This document shows, piece by piece, positions 39,779 to 55,040 of a DNA stretch of 64,000 nt. Numbering within the stretch: position 1 is the stretch's first letter; every line of letters begins with the position of its first letter. The notes beneath the pieces were generated by a model. The model was given only the letters and a program-made list of their open reading frames with translations, searched no databases and had not been told where the DNA came from. The translations under genes were made by a program, and so were the position numbers. Location of the stretch: positions 240,466-304,465 of the forward strand of contig NMRA01000191.1 in assembly GCA_002633005.1 (NCBI GenBank), in the 5' to 3' direction. The stretch comes from Phoronis australis (taxonomy: Eukaryota > Animalia > Phoronida).

Positions 39779-40836
39779 TGGCTTGAAAGAGGGCCAATTA
39801 CACATTAAGGACGTGCTGAGCCAAAACTAAATCCCTAGACTGATGTGCTATTGGGTGCAGAAAAAAATGCAAATTATCCAGCCTATTTAGTTTTCACATA
39901 AAAATGTCAACAGTAAGTAAACAATGTAAACCAAACAAAATTTTGGAAGTCTACAATAAAGATTCTGCTCAGTTAAAACAAAAAGTAACAACAAATTTAC
40001 AGTTTTTAGTGCCCAGCGTTGTTTAATTTCAATTAATTGAGGGTACATATGTGACAAAAACTGAAACACAATTCTGTAACATGTCTTTACCAGGAAATTT
40101 CAAGTATTGATCGCAAAGAATCATGGTAATTTGGACTTGAAATAACCCAAGTCACTAATAGCAAAAACCTAATTACGATCAGATGACTGGAGTCTAGCCA
40201 CAGTATTAAAGGAGTCTGCCAAAAGAAGATGCTCAGTGACGTAACAACAGGTAACAATCAAAACCGAACTCCCATACAAAGTTGCGGGATAACTCTCCCC
40301 ATACACTCTAACCAATCTAAGAAAACAATAATTATCAAAAGTCGCCGCTTTTCATTCTCAAGGGCTTCTAATGAATGTCCACAATTTTGTTCAAAAATAT
40401 TGTCTTAATGGTTTCACGCCATGTCACTGAATTAGAACTGTGTAACACATGAACAAAATGCCCTTTTCTTGTTGCAGCTATTAGCGAATTACACTTAGCA
40501 ACACTGCTGGTTTTATCTGTTTCTTCACGTTTCATAACCTCAATAAAACTACGTAACTCATGGCAAAATTGTTGCATAAAAAAGCACAAGGCACTTTGCA
40601 GACCTCCATAAAAACTCAACTTCAGATTCAGTAAATGTTCTCGTAATTAAATCTGTCTCTGCTTACCTTCTACCACCTGTTCATTTCAGGGCATGACCTT
40701 ATCAACAAATCTATGCATTTACTATGATCTAACTGTGCAACACTCAAAAAATGGATTGTAACAAAAACAGTTTGGTCTCTAACAGAGCCCCTGCTACATG
40801 TCTTTGACATAAATAAAAAACCACTCAAATTTCTAA

Positions 40837-41367
40837 TGGTGCTTTCCCAAGAGGAGAACCGAAGCTTTGCCGAAACTTCGCTTCAAACCTTTCCGACTAG
40901 ACAGCGATATCGAAGTTATTGCTAAATGGTGATTTAGTCTTCGCAGTACCACCAGAGGACGAAGTTCATTCGTACTTTCAAACGAATATTGAGTAGTGGG
41001 TTCGAGGCTAACTGAAAATTGTTGTGTTTATGAAAATGATCAGTATCATTCTTCATCAGATATGCTTTCTTTCAATTCTTTATGTGCGTCTCTTGAGAGC
41101 ACGTCGGCTACGCTACAATTACAAAGAACACATTTTGTCTGTCTCGTGTGATCGTATATCGTTGCAGCGACCTCTACCGATAACTTCGACGAAGCTTCGC
41201 TCTGATCGCTCCCACTACACCGAAGTTTCAGTGAGTAGCAAAGCTTCGCTTTTAAATCCTACTATTTTCAGCGAAGTTTCACTAACAAATTAACTACCGG
41301 AGATTAGCTTTCCCACTTACCGAAACTTCAGTAAAAGCGAAGTTTCGCCTCTAATGGGAAAGCACCT
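40837..41367. mobile_element. PIF/Harbinger (Tourist-like) MITE with TAA TSD
   Basis: taa|tggtgctttccca..gagg ... cctctaatgggaaagcacct|taa; many internal cgaagtttc/gaaacttcg motifs. Confidence 0.85.
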
Positions 41368-41965
41368 TAAGAGTCCACAATTTCTCAGATTTGAAATTGA
41401 TCTTCTCCTCCTAGTTGAATCGGGGACGCCACCATCAGTTGAGTCAGATGAACGATGACCACATGCAAAGCAATTAACAGATCATATGAGAATAAATGCC
41501 CAACCACTAATGCAGACAACCTTTGAACATGAATGCAATTGTCTTTTGCTCTACTGACCATCCTTCAAAGGCCAATTGATTTTTGTAAAATCCCTGTTGC
41601 TTGATTACAGACTGTCAATGGTGAAAGAATTGAGCCAAAAAGTTTTTCGTAGACCTTTTTGTTCGAGAATAAACATGACACAGATCAGTAAAAACAATGC
41701 ATGTCGAGTTTCTAGTTGCACCCATTGCTTATTCAAATACTCGTGATGTAACATTGCTAAGGTGCATTGTTTTAAGCTGACGAGGAAAATCTAAACAAAA
41801 TCCTGTTATCCAACATTTTTGGACCCTGCTCACTCTCCCGGTGACAAGATCTCCAATCAGAAATCCAGGGGTGCAAAGCAGGAAGACGGAACTTAACTAA
41901 TGTTTGAAAGTGATAACAACGGATATATGAACACTGTTATTATCACAGATGATCAGAACACTTCA

Positions 41966-42032
41966 CCCATGACATGGATCCAAACCCGCCCATGACATGG
42001 ATCCAAACCCACCCATGACATGGATCCAAACC
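41966..42032. repeat. Minisatellite, 23-bp unit x ~3
   Basis: cccatgacatggatccaaaccc repeated three times. Confidence 0.9.
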
Positions 42033-43588
42033 GATGGAATGATTACTTGGACCACTAATGATAAACTATCGACCAAGAAGTAATTTTAATTCATGTCATG
42101 TAAAACAATCGAACACATTACTTTTGACAAAAAACGTAAATGACTTATCATTTTAGAAATCAAAGGTAGATGAAAATGCACACAGCATTAAACAAATAAA
42201 TCAAATGTAAAACATGCCTCTAATAAATGTTATGTTCAGTGAAAATAATCATTTAAGTAATCCTGTTAACTCATAACAGACAGCAATTAAAGTAGATGCC
42301 TAAAAAATCTTATTTGAACACTGACAGACAATTAGAATTTCTTTGAATACTCGTTGGGTCTTGATAACAGCAATTAACTTAAGCATAGACCTCAAGCATG
42401 GAAGTCTGTTAAAAGGAAAGCAGGGTCCTTTGAGGGACAGCGTGTGCGGTTGATTTGGTTAGTGTGCCGTGATTAGTCTGGCGACAGACTGACTATCAAT
42501 GGACACACTTGAAGTCTCGTGTCAACAGTTTTCGCTGAACAAGAATCGATGGAGACTCTTAACGAAGCCATTTGTACTAGAGCACAGACTACACAAAAAA
42601 GGTATGGTTAGACTGAGCAAACACAGACAGAACGGACACCAAAAATGGGAGTATGGCCATATATTATGTGCACATTCTCAGTACGAATGAATCTACACTG
42701 TGACGAGAAAAACCTGTCTCCATGAAAAGAGTTAACAGATCAGATTTGGTTCAAACAGAGCCTGCACTGAAACGATACTTTTCTAAAATGACAGGACAAA
42801 TGGAATTACAGAATCAGTCTTCTGCTTGGCAGACAGGACATATAATAAACTAAATGCTTAAAGCAGATTTATCTATCACTGAGATTGAAAAATCACATCA
42901 CCACCTGCGTAAGGGAAACTGTTGATTATAGCCCCTGTTCCCATGACATCACAGTATAACGCAGCTGGAAATCTACACAAGTTTTTCAAGATCCCATGTG
43001 TGTTTTCTCTTTGTACTTGTGGACCTGAAGTCTTTTAGGAAGATGCAGTTATAACCGTAACTGGGGCAGAAATCGATAGACCACACGGGACACAAGCCAA
43101 GAATACAACTATTGCCTTCTGGTTAACCAGGGTTCAAAGGTTAAATTCATTCTGAACCCATCAAAACATCTTCAGGGTACGACTTGGGACACGCCTCAAA
43201 TACGACACCGTCCGCGAGGTTCTAGCTCAAACTATACAACATTCAGTTGGTTCCTCCTTGTTTTTGTTTTCGAAATCGGACTCAGAATTTCCTTGGTATG
43301 ACAGAGACCGAAGCTTTTGCTCCTAATATCAAATGCTTTTCATAAGGTGAAAGTGTATCCCCTGCACCACTCTCAGCAGCAACTTGCCCAATGTGACCAC
43401 ATGTCATTGCTACGTAAAATTCTTCATTACCTTTGAATTTTTTTAAAACGGCATTTCCTATTCACCTGTGATCCACACACGAAAACCATGGAATAGGTTG
43501 ATCAACAAACTTTTCCCTGTCAAAATAATAAGTGCAATCCCAAATTCACCAGCTAGTACAAGTGTGACAATGGTTCCACCCATATATA

Positions 43589-45403
43589 CCGTAAACGTTC
43601 GGGTTAACGCCCTGGGCGGTTAAATTGGCAAACCCAAAAAATCGGGGGTGGGCGGTTAACCAGACATGGGCGCTTAAACGTGAAACTTCAAAAAATCCAG
43701 GGTGGGCGGTTAACCGAACATGGGCGCTTATTACGACAGACAAGCACCCTGGGCGGTTAATCTTACCTCGTGATCTAAGTACCCACACCACACACGTAGT
43801 CGTAGGCCTACTCGGAACGCGTAGCACTTTTCAAAGAGCGTTATCGTTACGTCGCCACATGACGGGAAAAATGTCATAACAGCAGATGATCCTAACAAAG
43901 GTTATCATGCCCTCAGATTAGTTATTCACTATTAAATTTACAGAATTGCTGAGTAATAGCCCCGTGCCGTCCTGCGGTCTTGTTATTTAGCCCTGTAGTG
44001 TAGAGCGCAGACGACCAGTGACCACGCAGCCTCTACTTGGATTGCAACTATTTCATCTTGCTAAAGTGCGCGCGTGCAAGCTTCACGTGTTGCAGAGGTC
44101 ACAGCAGACATCAGATTTATGGTTACAGTCTCGTACTAGCTGCCAAGTTCATAGTCAGAGAGCAGTTTTAAAATTGGTTGTAATAAAAGTTTGAAAACCT
44201 TAATTCAGATGTTTTTTTTGTTTGGGATGTTTATAGTCAACACTCCGTGACTCAATGACATTTTCAGCGTATGGTTCTGTGGCTTGCTGTTTTATCTCGA
44301 CTGCCCGGCATTGCTCACTTGCCGTTGCGCCAAACATGCTCGGCAAAGAAGTAGGCCCAAGACAAGAATCGGGGTTAAGCGGCCGTGTGCCACTCGTCAA
44401 TCAAGAATAAAATTTCGAGCCACGGCATAAATATGTGATAAAACGCTACAAAACAGCGATGTTTCAATTCATAAACGATCACCTTACCAAACTTCGTGGT
44501 GGAAAAACATTTATTTTTCATGCAAGATGTCCAGATTATCCTATTTATATCACTTGCAATATCGCACTGCGGCACTGTTCGGTCCCGTTGTTAGCGCGCA
44601 ATGTCTCAGTCGGCTGACAATCGTGACTTGGAAATGCCGTCAAGTAATATAACGGCCTCTTTCAATATGCATCTCGTTTTTTATGGCCAAAGATAGCGGC
44701 GGGATTCAGCACGCGCGTAGGGCCTACGTGCGAGTCACCTGTCAATCACATGTTGGTGTCAAGGTAACATGCACTCCAAAGTGTGGGAACTTGCGCGCGT
44801 GCACCACTACAAAGTCACACATCAAAAGAGAATAGCGACAGTCCTAAGTAACAGAAACGGGCGTGACTATATACTTTTAACCATTGTCTCATTTCTCTGG
44901 CCTGATTTTTTCGAATATATGTTTTATCAAGTGCACTGCAGACGAAAACTCAGCGCGGCAGACAAAGTCGCTGAAAGCGGAGGTTTTGACGCCGGCGGCG
45001 TTCTTAAACTTTGCAAACATGGGAAGAAAATAAAGTGACAAAAACGTTCAAGTATTATATTTTGAAGTGAGTCCATGACCCAAGACAATAACTCGTTACT
45101 TGTATAATTGCAATTCACATTGCTAAACCACCGTCTCGGAGGCCCGGCGTCGTTGCGCTCATTGTGATCATCGATCTTTTTCTAAAAGTCGGGGAATCGC
45201 GCGTTTCCTTAGCACTGGGCGCTAAATCTTCATTCTTTAAAAGTCGGGGATGGGCGCTTAACCGAGAGGTGGGCGCTTAACTGGAAATCTTCAAAAATCG
45301 CAGGGGGGCGCTTAACCGAGCAGTGGGCGGTTAAATCGAAAATCCACCTAAAGTAGGGGGTGGGCGGTTAACTGAGCATGGGCGTTAACCCGAACGTTTA
45401 CGG
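43589..45403. mobile_element. Non-autonomous Tc1/mariner-superfamily DNA transposon (~1.8 kb), TA TSD
   Basis: Perfect 24-bp TIR ta|ccgtaaacgttcgggttaacgccc ... gggcgttaacccgaacgtttacgg|ta; subterminal gggcggttaa/gggcgcttaa repeats at both ends; CpG-rich interior; no transposase ORF seen. Confidence 0.9.
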
Positions 45404-48400
45404 TAAATACATGCACTCATGACTGTCACAAGGAAACTTTAGGGCTACTGAAGATGAACAGTTACGCATCTCGAATGCTCATAGCTCACATGTGTGTCAA
45501 AATGAACAGAGATGGTTTTGCCTCATTAAATGAATGTCTTAGTTGTTAGAGTTTCTTTCACCTGGTGACCACAAATCCTCATAGCAGGTAGGAAAGGTGA
45601 GCTAAATGATTAGCTGATTATCATCGGCAGCCATAGAGAATTAATTATTGCCTTGGCTGATAACACTGGCTCACTGTGACCATGTGCACTGTTTAGTTCA
45701 CAACAAAGGTGACTTACAGGTCAGAGAGAACTTTGCATGGTTGTGTACTGATAGCAAATGAAATTACTAAGGTAAATTTCATTTGAGGCAGACAGTTGGG
45801 GTTATAACTGTCCGTCTGCAGTGACCCTTAGCATGATAAATTCTGGTTTTGATTTTTTTTGGTCCAGCGGATTTTAATTCAAGAATAAAAAATATGTCCT
45901 GAATTTTTTCCGTTTTGGCTTTCCAAAACCATAGCTCGGAAAGGAGAGACAATTGCTTTGTGCAGTGTGACAACCGAGGCAGAACAGTCTCGACAGCAGT
46001 GGACAAAAATAAAGAAAAATACATTAAGCACAAGATGACACCATCATGGGGTCAACGTTTACCGATGTTAAGGACTGCAACTGAGTAATGGCAACCTATG
46101 AATCACCGGAAACTTAAGTACCAGTGACGTACCGATTTACCTTTTCCACAGACAACAGAATTCATATTGTCAAAAACAATGACAGTAATTGCAACACGTC
46201 ACAAGGTTACCATTGGTTTCATGACAGTTTACAAGCACAGATGTAATTTGTTCTACCTTGACATTGATAAACAACAAAAACAATGAAACACAATCTCACT
46301 CCGGTGCTTCTGCGCAAACAATGTATTCTGAAAAAACTAAGATTTTAATTTCAAAAGCCATCAATGCATCTAATCTTCTTGTTTTCTGGCCATTTTATGA
46401 TTTCTACATGATTTTGGTTGTCACGTAATAGTGCTTTGGGAAGAAATGGGATGAAATTAGCAACTGTTGCTGAAATTATTCATTGCAAGAAACGGAACAA
46501 ATTGGTAGCCTTTAACAGCAACAAAGATTTTTTTCCAAACAGCAATAACAGAATATGCCATCAGAACTTTAATGATGAAAGTTCTTGAGACCAATCTGCT
46601 AGAATACAAAAGATGAACACATCTTACCGATCTATTACATTTTCTGATTTTCAGCACTACACCAAAGGTCTGATTTTTAGCACAATTACCTATACAACGT
46701 ATACAAAAAAACCAGAACAGCACAAGAATCTCCACGGACTACTAGTCAATTACCACTGATAGACAGATAAGTATTATTTATTAAGCTTCCAATTACCAGC
46801 ACTAATAGTCTTAGCTTAGCACGACAGCAAGGCAATCATTTTAGTGCACTTTAAGTGGCCTTTCCACATCACTAAGGTTCAATGACGAACACGTGAAAAC
46901 GTAGCAGAACAGTGAGAGATCACCACCTAACCTATACAAGACCTGCGCACGTCTGATGCACCGCAAATGACATCAGACCACCTGCACTGTTTTTTTTTTA
47001 TACAAGACCTTTCGCACCAATGCTGATGCTTTCTGTTAGAGTAAAAGATTTGAAGTTTAACTCGCAGTTTAAAGTTGAAATATGGTATATTTAAAATATA
47101 ATGCCCAAGAGGCAATGCTATTGAACTGCTACAATTGCTAGGACGATTACAACAACTCTAATTCGATTGATAGAAGGTAATGAATCAGTAGTCATTTGTA
47201 ATTTTTGATTACTGATGATGTTGCAAAGGATCTGCGTACAAAATCAGCAGGAAAAAAATCATCTGTCCCCAGTATTTTCTGTATTACGAATTTGCCTAAC
47301 AACCAACTAAGAAACTTGAGAGTACTTCAGAAAAATACAGAGTCTCAGAGAAAGCAATTTTCTAATTACGGAGATATCGTAATGTGGCTGGGTAATAATG
47401 ATCACTCTTCCTGCGGTAAATTGCAGTGTCTTCCAATTACGGTGAGTGGCACAGAAAAAATTACTACCTTTGACAGTGGAAGGCAATTACGTATGAAATG
47501 TCTGACGCTAGAACATACTTAGCTTTCGGGTGATAATCATGCGTCAAAAATCACTTTGTATGATATTTGCAATAGAAAACTAGGATGCATGTTCAACAAC
47601 AGATAACAAGAGACATATGTTGAAATATTTCTGTCGCTTTAAAACACAATCACACCTGTAACACAATGAGTGTGGATAACACTTTTTCACTAGAATCACC
47701 TTTCTGACAACTCCTTTACCAAAACATATTGTCTGCGATGTCTACAAAAATACGTAATTATGGACTAAGACGTTCCTCCCATACATTCATCACACAAGAC
47801 ATTTAGTTGACAATGAAGCTGAAAGGATGCAAAAGCTTTAGTCATCTTCAAAACAATTTGAAGCTGCAGGGGTCTGAAGAACTAATTAAACGACCAAGAC
47901 ACTGGAGCCGAGAACAAACTAGCCACTCAAACAATGCCTAGGGAGTAAAATAAGCTTTATCGAAGGAACTCAGGTATGGATGCACCTGTAATTAAAAATT
48001 TCCGCCAAGTCCACACTAACCTCTACCATACACCAGGATGCCTTCTCTTTCCACAAGTATGATACTTTGTCGCATCTCCTTCTTTGATTTTGTTGTAACT
48101 TTTTTGTTATTTTTTGTTAGTTTATACCATGCAGAATGTAATTCTTGTATGATAACATGAAACTTACACACAACACGTGTCTCGCCAAGTCTGAAGCCAA
48201 TTGTTTTTGGTTGAACATAAAGTGGCGCAGCAGTGGTCACTTTGCTCTTTACAGAATCATAGCTCAAGACATCACTTGATGAATCTTTTTGAAATTGTTT
48301 TTGACAATTATTCCTCACTTTTTTGTGTACTGAACCCCTGTGTACACTGCAGCTTTCCTCAGACTGGCATGCACTTTACGAACATCCGAGTATTTAGTCA

Positions 48401-51400
48401 ACACCAAGAGATCTAATGTTCTTGGTAGAAATCAGAACCAAAGTGGCATTATGACGGCCATTTTTATGATTTCTCACTTTACAGAGAAATAGCTCATGCA
48501 GATGCTTTCGACTGATCTTTCCAATAGATATTGTTGAAAGCTGCAAGTGTCACTCATTTCTCGCTAAAACTCCGCAAATTACTCAAGATTTTGATGATCA
48601 GATGTAGGTGGTTGACCTTTGACGATGGCAGGGAAATACCAATGTGGAGACTCACTAATCAAAATTTTATGTTTTAACAAGTATCAATAGTTGGTATTGT
48701 CACTACTTTATTTCTGTTGACTTTATTACAAATTTCTGCATAAAACTTTCTGTGGTGAACTCTTATTGATTCGAAATATGCTTAATTAAATGTTTATGGA
48801 TTGATTGTGAATGTAGCGCGGTTGACAAGGTACGGTGGGTCTGTTATGTATAACCTACATGCCATGAACTCGAACCCTGGTGATGGCACCTGTTTTCTTG
48901 TGATAATCACATTTCTTCGTCTTCTGTTAGCTATTCCTTGATGTTTCAGTAGACGTTACTTTCAAAAGTGAAATTAGAACAAATCAACGTGTACTTGAGT
49001 TTTGCGAACAAAATGGTCCTCAATTGTGATCAGCGATGCATTCTCTCCAATCCATCTTTCTGATTCATCAATTTTTTTCAGTTATCGTTCAACTTCACCA
49101 ATGTCGCTCTCTTGAGTGCTTTCATTTCACTTTACATCTGACACAAGTGGTACACAAGTGGCGTTAAAAAAACTTACGAAACAACGTCAATGTGTGCTTT
49201 GCGTGGATTGCACTTATCTACACTAAAATATCTGGGTGCCTTGCAATAAACAGTAACACAATACACATGTTAATTGGGAAATGGGTCTCATTGAGGATGT
49301 TAATACTGTGATTACCTGACAGTAGATACTTGTCAGCCTATGACAGTTTCCTAATGAAATCCACCATTGTAATATGATCTGGGAACGTACTACAAGCAAC
49401 TTAATTTCACCAATTTTCTCATTTTTCGACATCTTCTCGCGTTGTTGCGAATGCCTAGAAGTTCGACTTCACAATTATGTCACACGAAATTTGAAAATAG
49501 TACAGTATTAATATTGCAATATATCTGACAGGAAAAAATACAGGAATAAAATTTCAGCGGGTCAGCCATATTGTGTCCTAAATTGGTGAGATTTTACCGT
49601 AGAATGACAATTACTTTGAACAAGTGCGCAATGTACACGTTCTCAAAACAAAGATTGGTTTGGTACGAAACACGCCATTGTACTGTAATCTGAGCGTGTT
49701 TGATCAGCAACTTTTGAATTCACGATTGTATTGTACAACGACGACGCAAAGTATGCACTCATATAAATGAGTGCAGTGCACACATCCTCAAAAGAACACA
49801 TCAGCGTTCTATAAAAACAATAAAGTACCATTGCAATGAATGTACCGGTATACTAGTATTCACATAACTGATGAAAACAACGTAATTGTATTCCTTTTGA
49901 TATGGTATATTTTGCTCATAATACAATGGTACCCTACATACTGTTCTGGCACAAGTGCTCCTCTGAACCAGCTGTGAAACAATTTTTTAACACACCAATG
50001 TTGACCTGTTGCCAAGGAGTACTACACTTATTTCCAATGGGTGTGGTGCTGGGAAATCATCAGGACATCCACCATTCTAGATAAGTAGCAAATGAATACT
50101 CCACGTTTTTAAAAATGCACATTTAAAGAGAAAGAAAAGGTCACCCTTTCAAAGAGGTTTTCCCCAAAACAATTCTTTTGTAAGGGTTTCAAACCATAAA
50201 TGCTTCGGAGGGAATTAAACCTGAATAAGCCCTCCTTTGGATTGTGGTCTTTTCAATAAAACAAACCTCCATAAAACACGTTTTCCGGCAAGCTCTGATG
50301 CAAAATGAGTCCTTTACGTTTCACAGACTTCTAACCCTTTTATATGGAATTTAATTTGAAAAGGTTCTCATTCTTGAGAATGGGGCCCTGAAAAGCCATC
50401 CATCTGAGCCACTCATTCCCAACATGCCTCCTATGTAAGTACCCCTCAAATTTGTTATTTGCTATCCTAGCCAGTGCCAAACATTGTCCTCTGGTGCAAA
50501 TGCGGAAACCAGTCCGAACGTCAACCAATATATCAGAGCAGAAGTGGTTCTCTACTGTACTTGCATAACTACAAATGGAAACAAACGTAGTCATTTTTTG
50601 TGTAATGACGCGTGTTCAAAGTACCTTGATATCTAACACTTTTTACCTTGACGTCAATTCTGAAAAAAAAACGCAATTACGGAGAATGACAAAACATTAA
50701 CTGATCCATCTCACTAGTTTCATGTCAAGGTTGTCCTTAGTACGGACTTCCTGATACACGTCTGCTCTGCATGGCGTAAGTATTTACTGGAAAATAATTT
50801 TCAGAAAAAGCACAGACTACTTTCAACCATTGTTTCCTGTACCAGGCTAAAAAATGTAATGTCCTTGTTAGGAGACAAGCCGATCTTAGATATTAAAGCG
50901 GTTCTATTGATTCGGGATTATATGCACTGTCAAGCAGATGAAATGTTATCAAGAATTAAGAATTACCAGTTAAGTAGAGAACCCGGAACTTCCCAACAAT
51001 TCTCTGTCTACAGTTACCACAAGAAAGTTTTCTTAAGAGCAACTGACACCTTTTACATCAGTGCGCAATCACGTTAAAACAATACAAAGCAAGACTATGT
51101 GGATGACTTAGGTAGAAACTGCAATGATTGGTTAGTGATAAAATGTCCATTGACTGCACAGGGCTTTCCAATAAGGATAACATGCACACAGCTACGATTT
51201 CTTCCAAATTTATTGTTAACAGCATGAACCGATATTGCAGAGATGCCTACTTCGCGATGCTTTGTTTGTTCTTACCGGTAATCAGAGAACTGCTATATAT
51301 AAAGAAGAAAGAGTGAGGATGTTTTTCACGTCACCTGCTTGTTTATTGTTTCATTGGAATAATTTCATGACTTTGGACCCACAAAAAACCCAAGCTCAAC

Positions 51401-53639
51401 CCACTTTAAACAGATAGTCAGGAATTTGTATCACTATAATATAACAAAAACCAAATAGTCACAGCAACAGGGTCTCAACAACCACTGGGCATAACTAACT
51501 GAAGACAGGGTCCCTTTGATGTTATCTGAATAGAGTGAAACCAAAAAGCAGTTCAAGCCAGGCATAAGGTAAGACTTGACTTCCTGAATGCGTGCACAGA
51601 TTTACACCGAAGGACCACCATTACAGCATTGGTACATAATGAGTTTCTTCAGTTTTACTAGGGTTGAAAGAAAAACTAGCATCCCATTCACAAACTGGCA
51701 AAACAACTAACGTTTTCGTTAGCAATTTCGTCATCGGCAAAGACTAGTAGTTAGCTAGTGGTCTAAGTTACCCAGAAACTGCTGGCGTCTTCATTAGCAC
51801 TTTTGTTGCCAGACCGCTGACTTCAAAAGACGCAGATGCACAGGGGACAAGAGGCCTTTATTTATCATTGCGTTGATCAATTTATCCCAGAGAACGAACA
51901 CGTTTTGACATCTATTTCCACTTCTAAAGCGATTCAGGTGGTGAAAAGGACTCCAGAGGACAGATCGTCTGTCTAGCTAAGACACTAGCATTTAACCACT
52001 CTTGAAAACCTTAAGTGTGGCAGCAGCAGATGCTCACGGTTAGTCTCAGTGCTCGGTGTTGCTGCTTAAATCCCACAGGACTAATCACTGATCAATGCAC
52101 AAAACTCCAGCCAGTGTTAGACAGTTATCAAATACCACACCTTTCCCAAGCAAGCCATCTCTACATAAAACTCCCTTTAAAAGGGTAAGCGGTGACATAT
52201 TCATGTATGAATCCACATTATGACAAAGATGTTAGATCTATCTGAACTAACAATACATATGAAGATCAATCGTATGTACCATACAGTCGACACCTTTCAG
52301 CGCCACTTTTGAGAACGTATGACAAGATACAATTTTCAGATGTTCCCGGTGAACAGTAGACTGGATTGGGCAATGTTTTTTACCCCATTTAGCACAGAGG
52401 TGTGAAAATCACCAACATTTGGCAAACACAGTTGTCTATAAACAAAATTGAATTGTCCATTTCCGCACAATTTTGTTGCAGTAATTGTGTTTAAATTTGT
52501 CATTTTTAATACTCTGCAATGTTTAAAATCGCCAATTGGTAAAATGACCTCAAAACAAATGCCCAATCCCACCTACTGTCACTGAGAACATCTGAAACTG
52601 GATAACAGAAACTTACAGGAGTTTGAAAAGACATGTCCTCAGAGGTGTCACTGAAGAATGCCTACAGTGCCCAGACTAATGCAGACACAAATAACTGGGA
52701 AGCCTGTTGCCTGTCTGAAATTTCAATAACCAAGTTCCAAAAAGATATGATCAGCAATATTTCCAGAAAAGTTTTGCTAAATCAAGATTGAGAGACCTCT
52801 GTTTTTCTTTATTAAAACACTGTTCATTTTATCCTGCGCCACTCACAAGCTAATTAGAATAACAATTACGGTAAGTGTACAGTCAAATATTGTAAGCCAC
52901 CAGGGCCCTGGCCCGTCTCTTTATTCAATAATCCACCACACAACTAGCAATTTGCATTGTACGAACAGAATCAATACAAAAACAAGGCAAATAAATAATC
53001 ATCAACATCATGATTACATATGGTGTCCAAATGCGAAAACGAAATCTCAGTTACTACTTCAAACAAAGTTGGTAACTGCATGTGCCTGTAACTGCAATAG
53101 TCCACACCCAGCCAGTCCTGATGAAGGGGGTTCATTATACCTGTTATAACTGCCAGACAAACCGCATAAAGAGAAGCGCATGCCCTTGTGAAGATATTGA
53201 ATTTGCAGCCAATAAGTTATGCATCAGAATGTGATTAGCTATTATCACAGCAGTTATACTCAGAGGCATATTCCCATCGGAACACTGCGCCATCAAGACT
53301 AGAAGACCTCAATCAAGGCTACAGTTTTGTGCCTATACAATGATTATGTGTAGCCATAGATGTATGGGAAGTTAACGTTGTTATTGTTATTATCAAGTTA
53401 CCTTTATAACACGTCACAGGTACTACAGATTCATACCTATATATACTTTGATTGCTTTTCGAGTACTGCTGCTCATCAGCTAATTACTTGTGAAATGAAA
53501 TCTCTCCAAGTAGGTTAATTTGTCACATTTATTTCTTTGTTTGCATGCTGCAGATTGCAATTCTTATCAGATCAACGTGAAATTTATGCACAGCATGTGT
53601 CCTGTGAATGGCTCAAAGTCGATTGCTTTTAGTTGACAT

Positions 53640-54260
53640 CCGATACAAGATGGTGCTGTGGCAGCCATTTTTGCATATATTCATTTGTGGAGCCATAGCT
53701 CCACTGTTTCTGGTGGGATTTTTCTTTTTTTTTGTGGATAGATGATTCCAAGAGCTATCGCAAGCATCTTATTTATTTTTCTCTAGCTCTTACCATTCTT
53801 GAGTTACGACATTTTCTAACGACTAGTCTCCAAAATAACTGAATTTATTTTTGTGCCGTATCTTCGGCATCCCTCGACAGAACTGTCTTAAATTAGGTAT
53901 GTGGATAGATCTTTTTAGGCTCTATCAGCGCAATGAAACCCATGACTTTTTGTTCTAGCGATATTCAAGATTTACTACCCAGGTGACTGTTCTTTTGTTG
54001 GCGTTATTTATAGCTGCACTTTGCTAGAGATTGCATTTTTGTCTTATCTACATGAAAGTTACCTATCATGCTTACTTAGTCAATGGCCTGAGGACTTTTA
54101 TTCCTGGGCTACATTGAACCCAAGGTGGCACTGAGACGGCCATTTTTGGAATTATGTTTGTGGAGCTCTAGCTGAGCGATCCTTTGACCAAACCTTTTCA
54201 AATTTGGTATGTAAATAGATCTCATTATGGGCTATCTAATAGGTTGGTTTTGTCATCCAC
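53640..54260 (-). repeat. Diverged Helentron-like repeat remnants (related fragment near 48440)
   Basis: aagatggtgctgtggcagccattttt (53647), aaggtggcactgagacggccattttt (54122), aaagtggcattatgacggccattttt (~48440); aaatt.ggtatgt..atagatct occurs twice. Confidence 0.4.
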
Positions 54261-55040
54261 TTGACATTATAATTATAAGAGTTAACCCACTATTTTCTCA
54301 CAAAGGAACTAAATAAAATAACAAAAACATAATTAATACAACTGTACGGGCTGGTCAACAATGCTAAAATTGATGGCCTTTTGATTTTGATATTCTTTTT
54401 ACTTTCTGATACTCTGAACATTTTCTGCCGGGATATACAAAAGTTCGACACATATTTATAGCAATATTGAATAACTTGGGTTTATATACTGCACCTCTAT
54501 TCAAAAAGATGAACATTTCCCTCTTAAACTCTTTGCAACATATTAATTTTTACACTCAAACATTTATCCTTGTGACCCCTCAGATACACATGCTTCAACT
54601 GCTAAATTTTTACAAAGATAAAATGTCAAAAAAAATGTTCTAGCCGGAATCAAACCAGGGGCCCTCAGCATTGTTTAATTAACTGCCATCCTTCAATAAG
54701 ATAATGCTGCAAAACCAAATCATAACCGATATCAGTAGACTTTAATTTCCTTAAAAACAATTACAGAGAATGTACCAATAGCCCTGACATGGTGACTACT
54801 CAAATGAACAGCAATTTATGTATGCAATGAACTAAAATTAACAATGATTTATGCAAGCAGAGACAACACCTTTGTGTCCTGACACGGAACTGCAATTTCT
54901 AATCAGAAATAGTTCTTGCATGCTAACTGCCAGCAGCAATTTGTCTTAGGATAGCAGACAAACACTGAAGCTACTGCAGTAATTACCTTTAGTTCCGATG
55001 ACACACTCTAAGCTCACAAGCCAATTCTCGTAGTCTCCTA

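Noticed and set aside
43546-45118. Transposase fragments within the 1.8-kb TIR element
   Set aside because: Short ORFs with no recognisable DDE/DDD or HTH motifs
54643-54695. tRNA gene or tRNA-derived SINE (B-box-like ggtttgattcc on minus strand)
   Set aside because: No cloverleaf or A-box could be built; at most a decayed fragment
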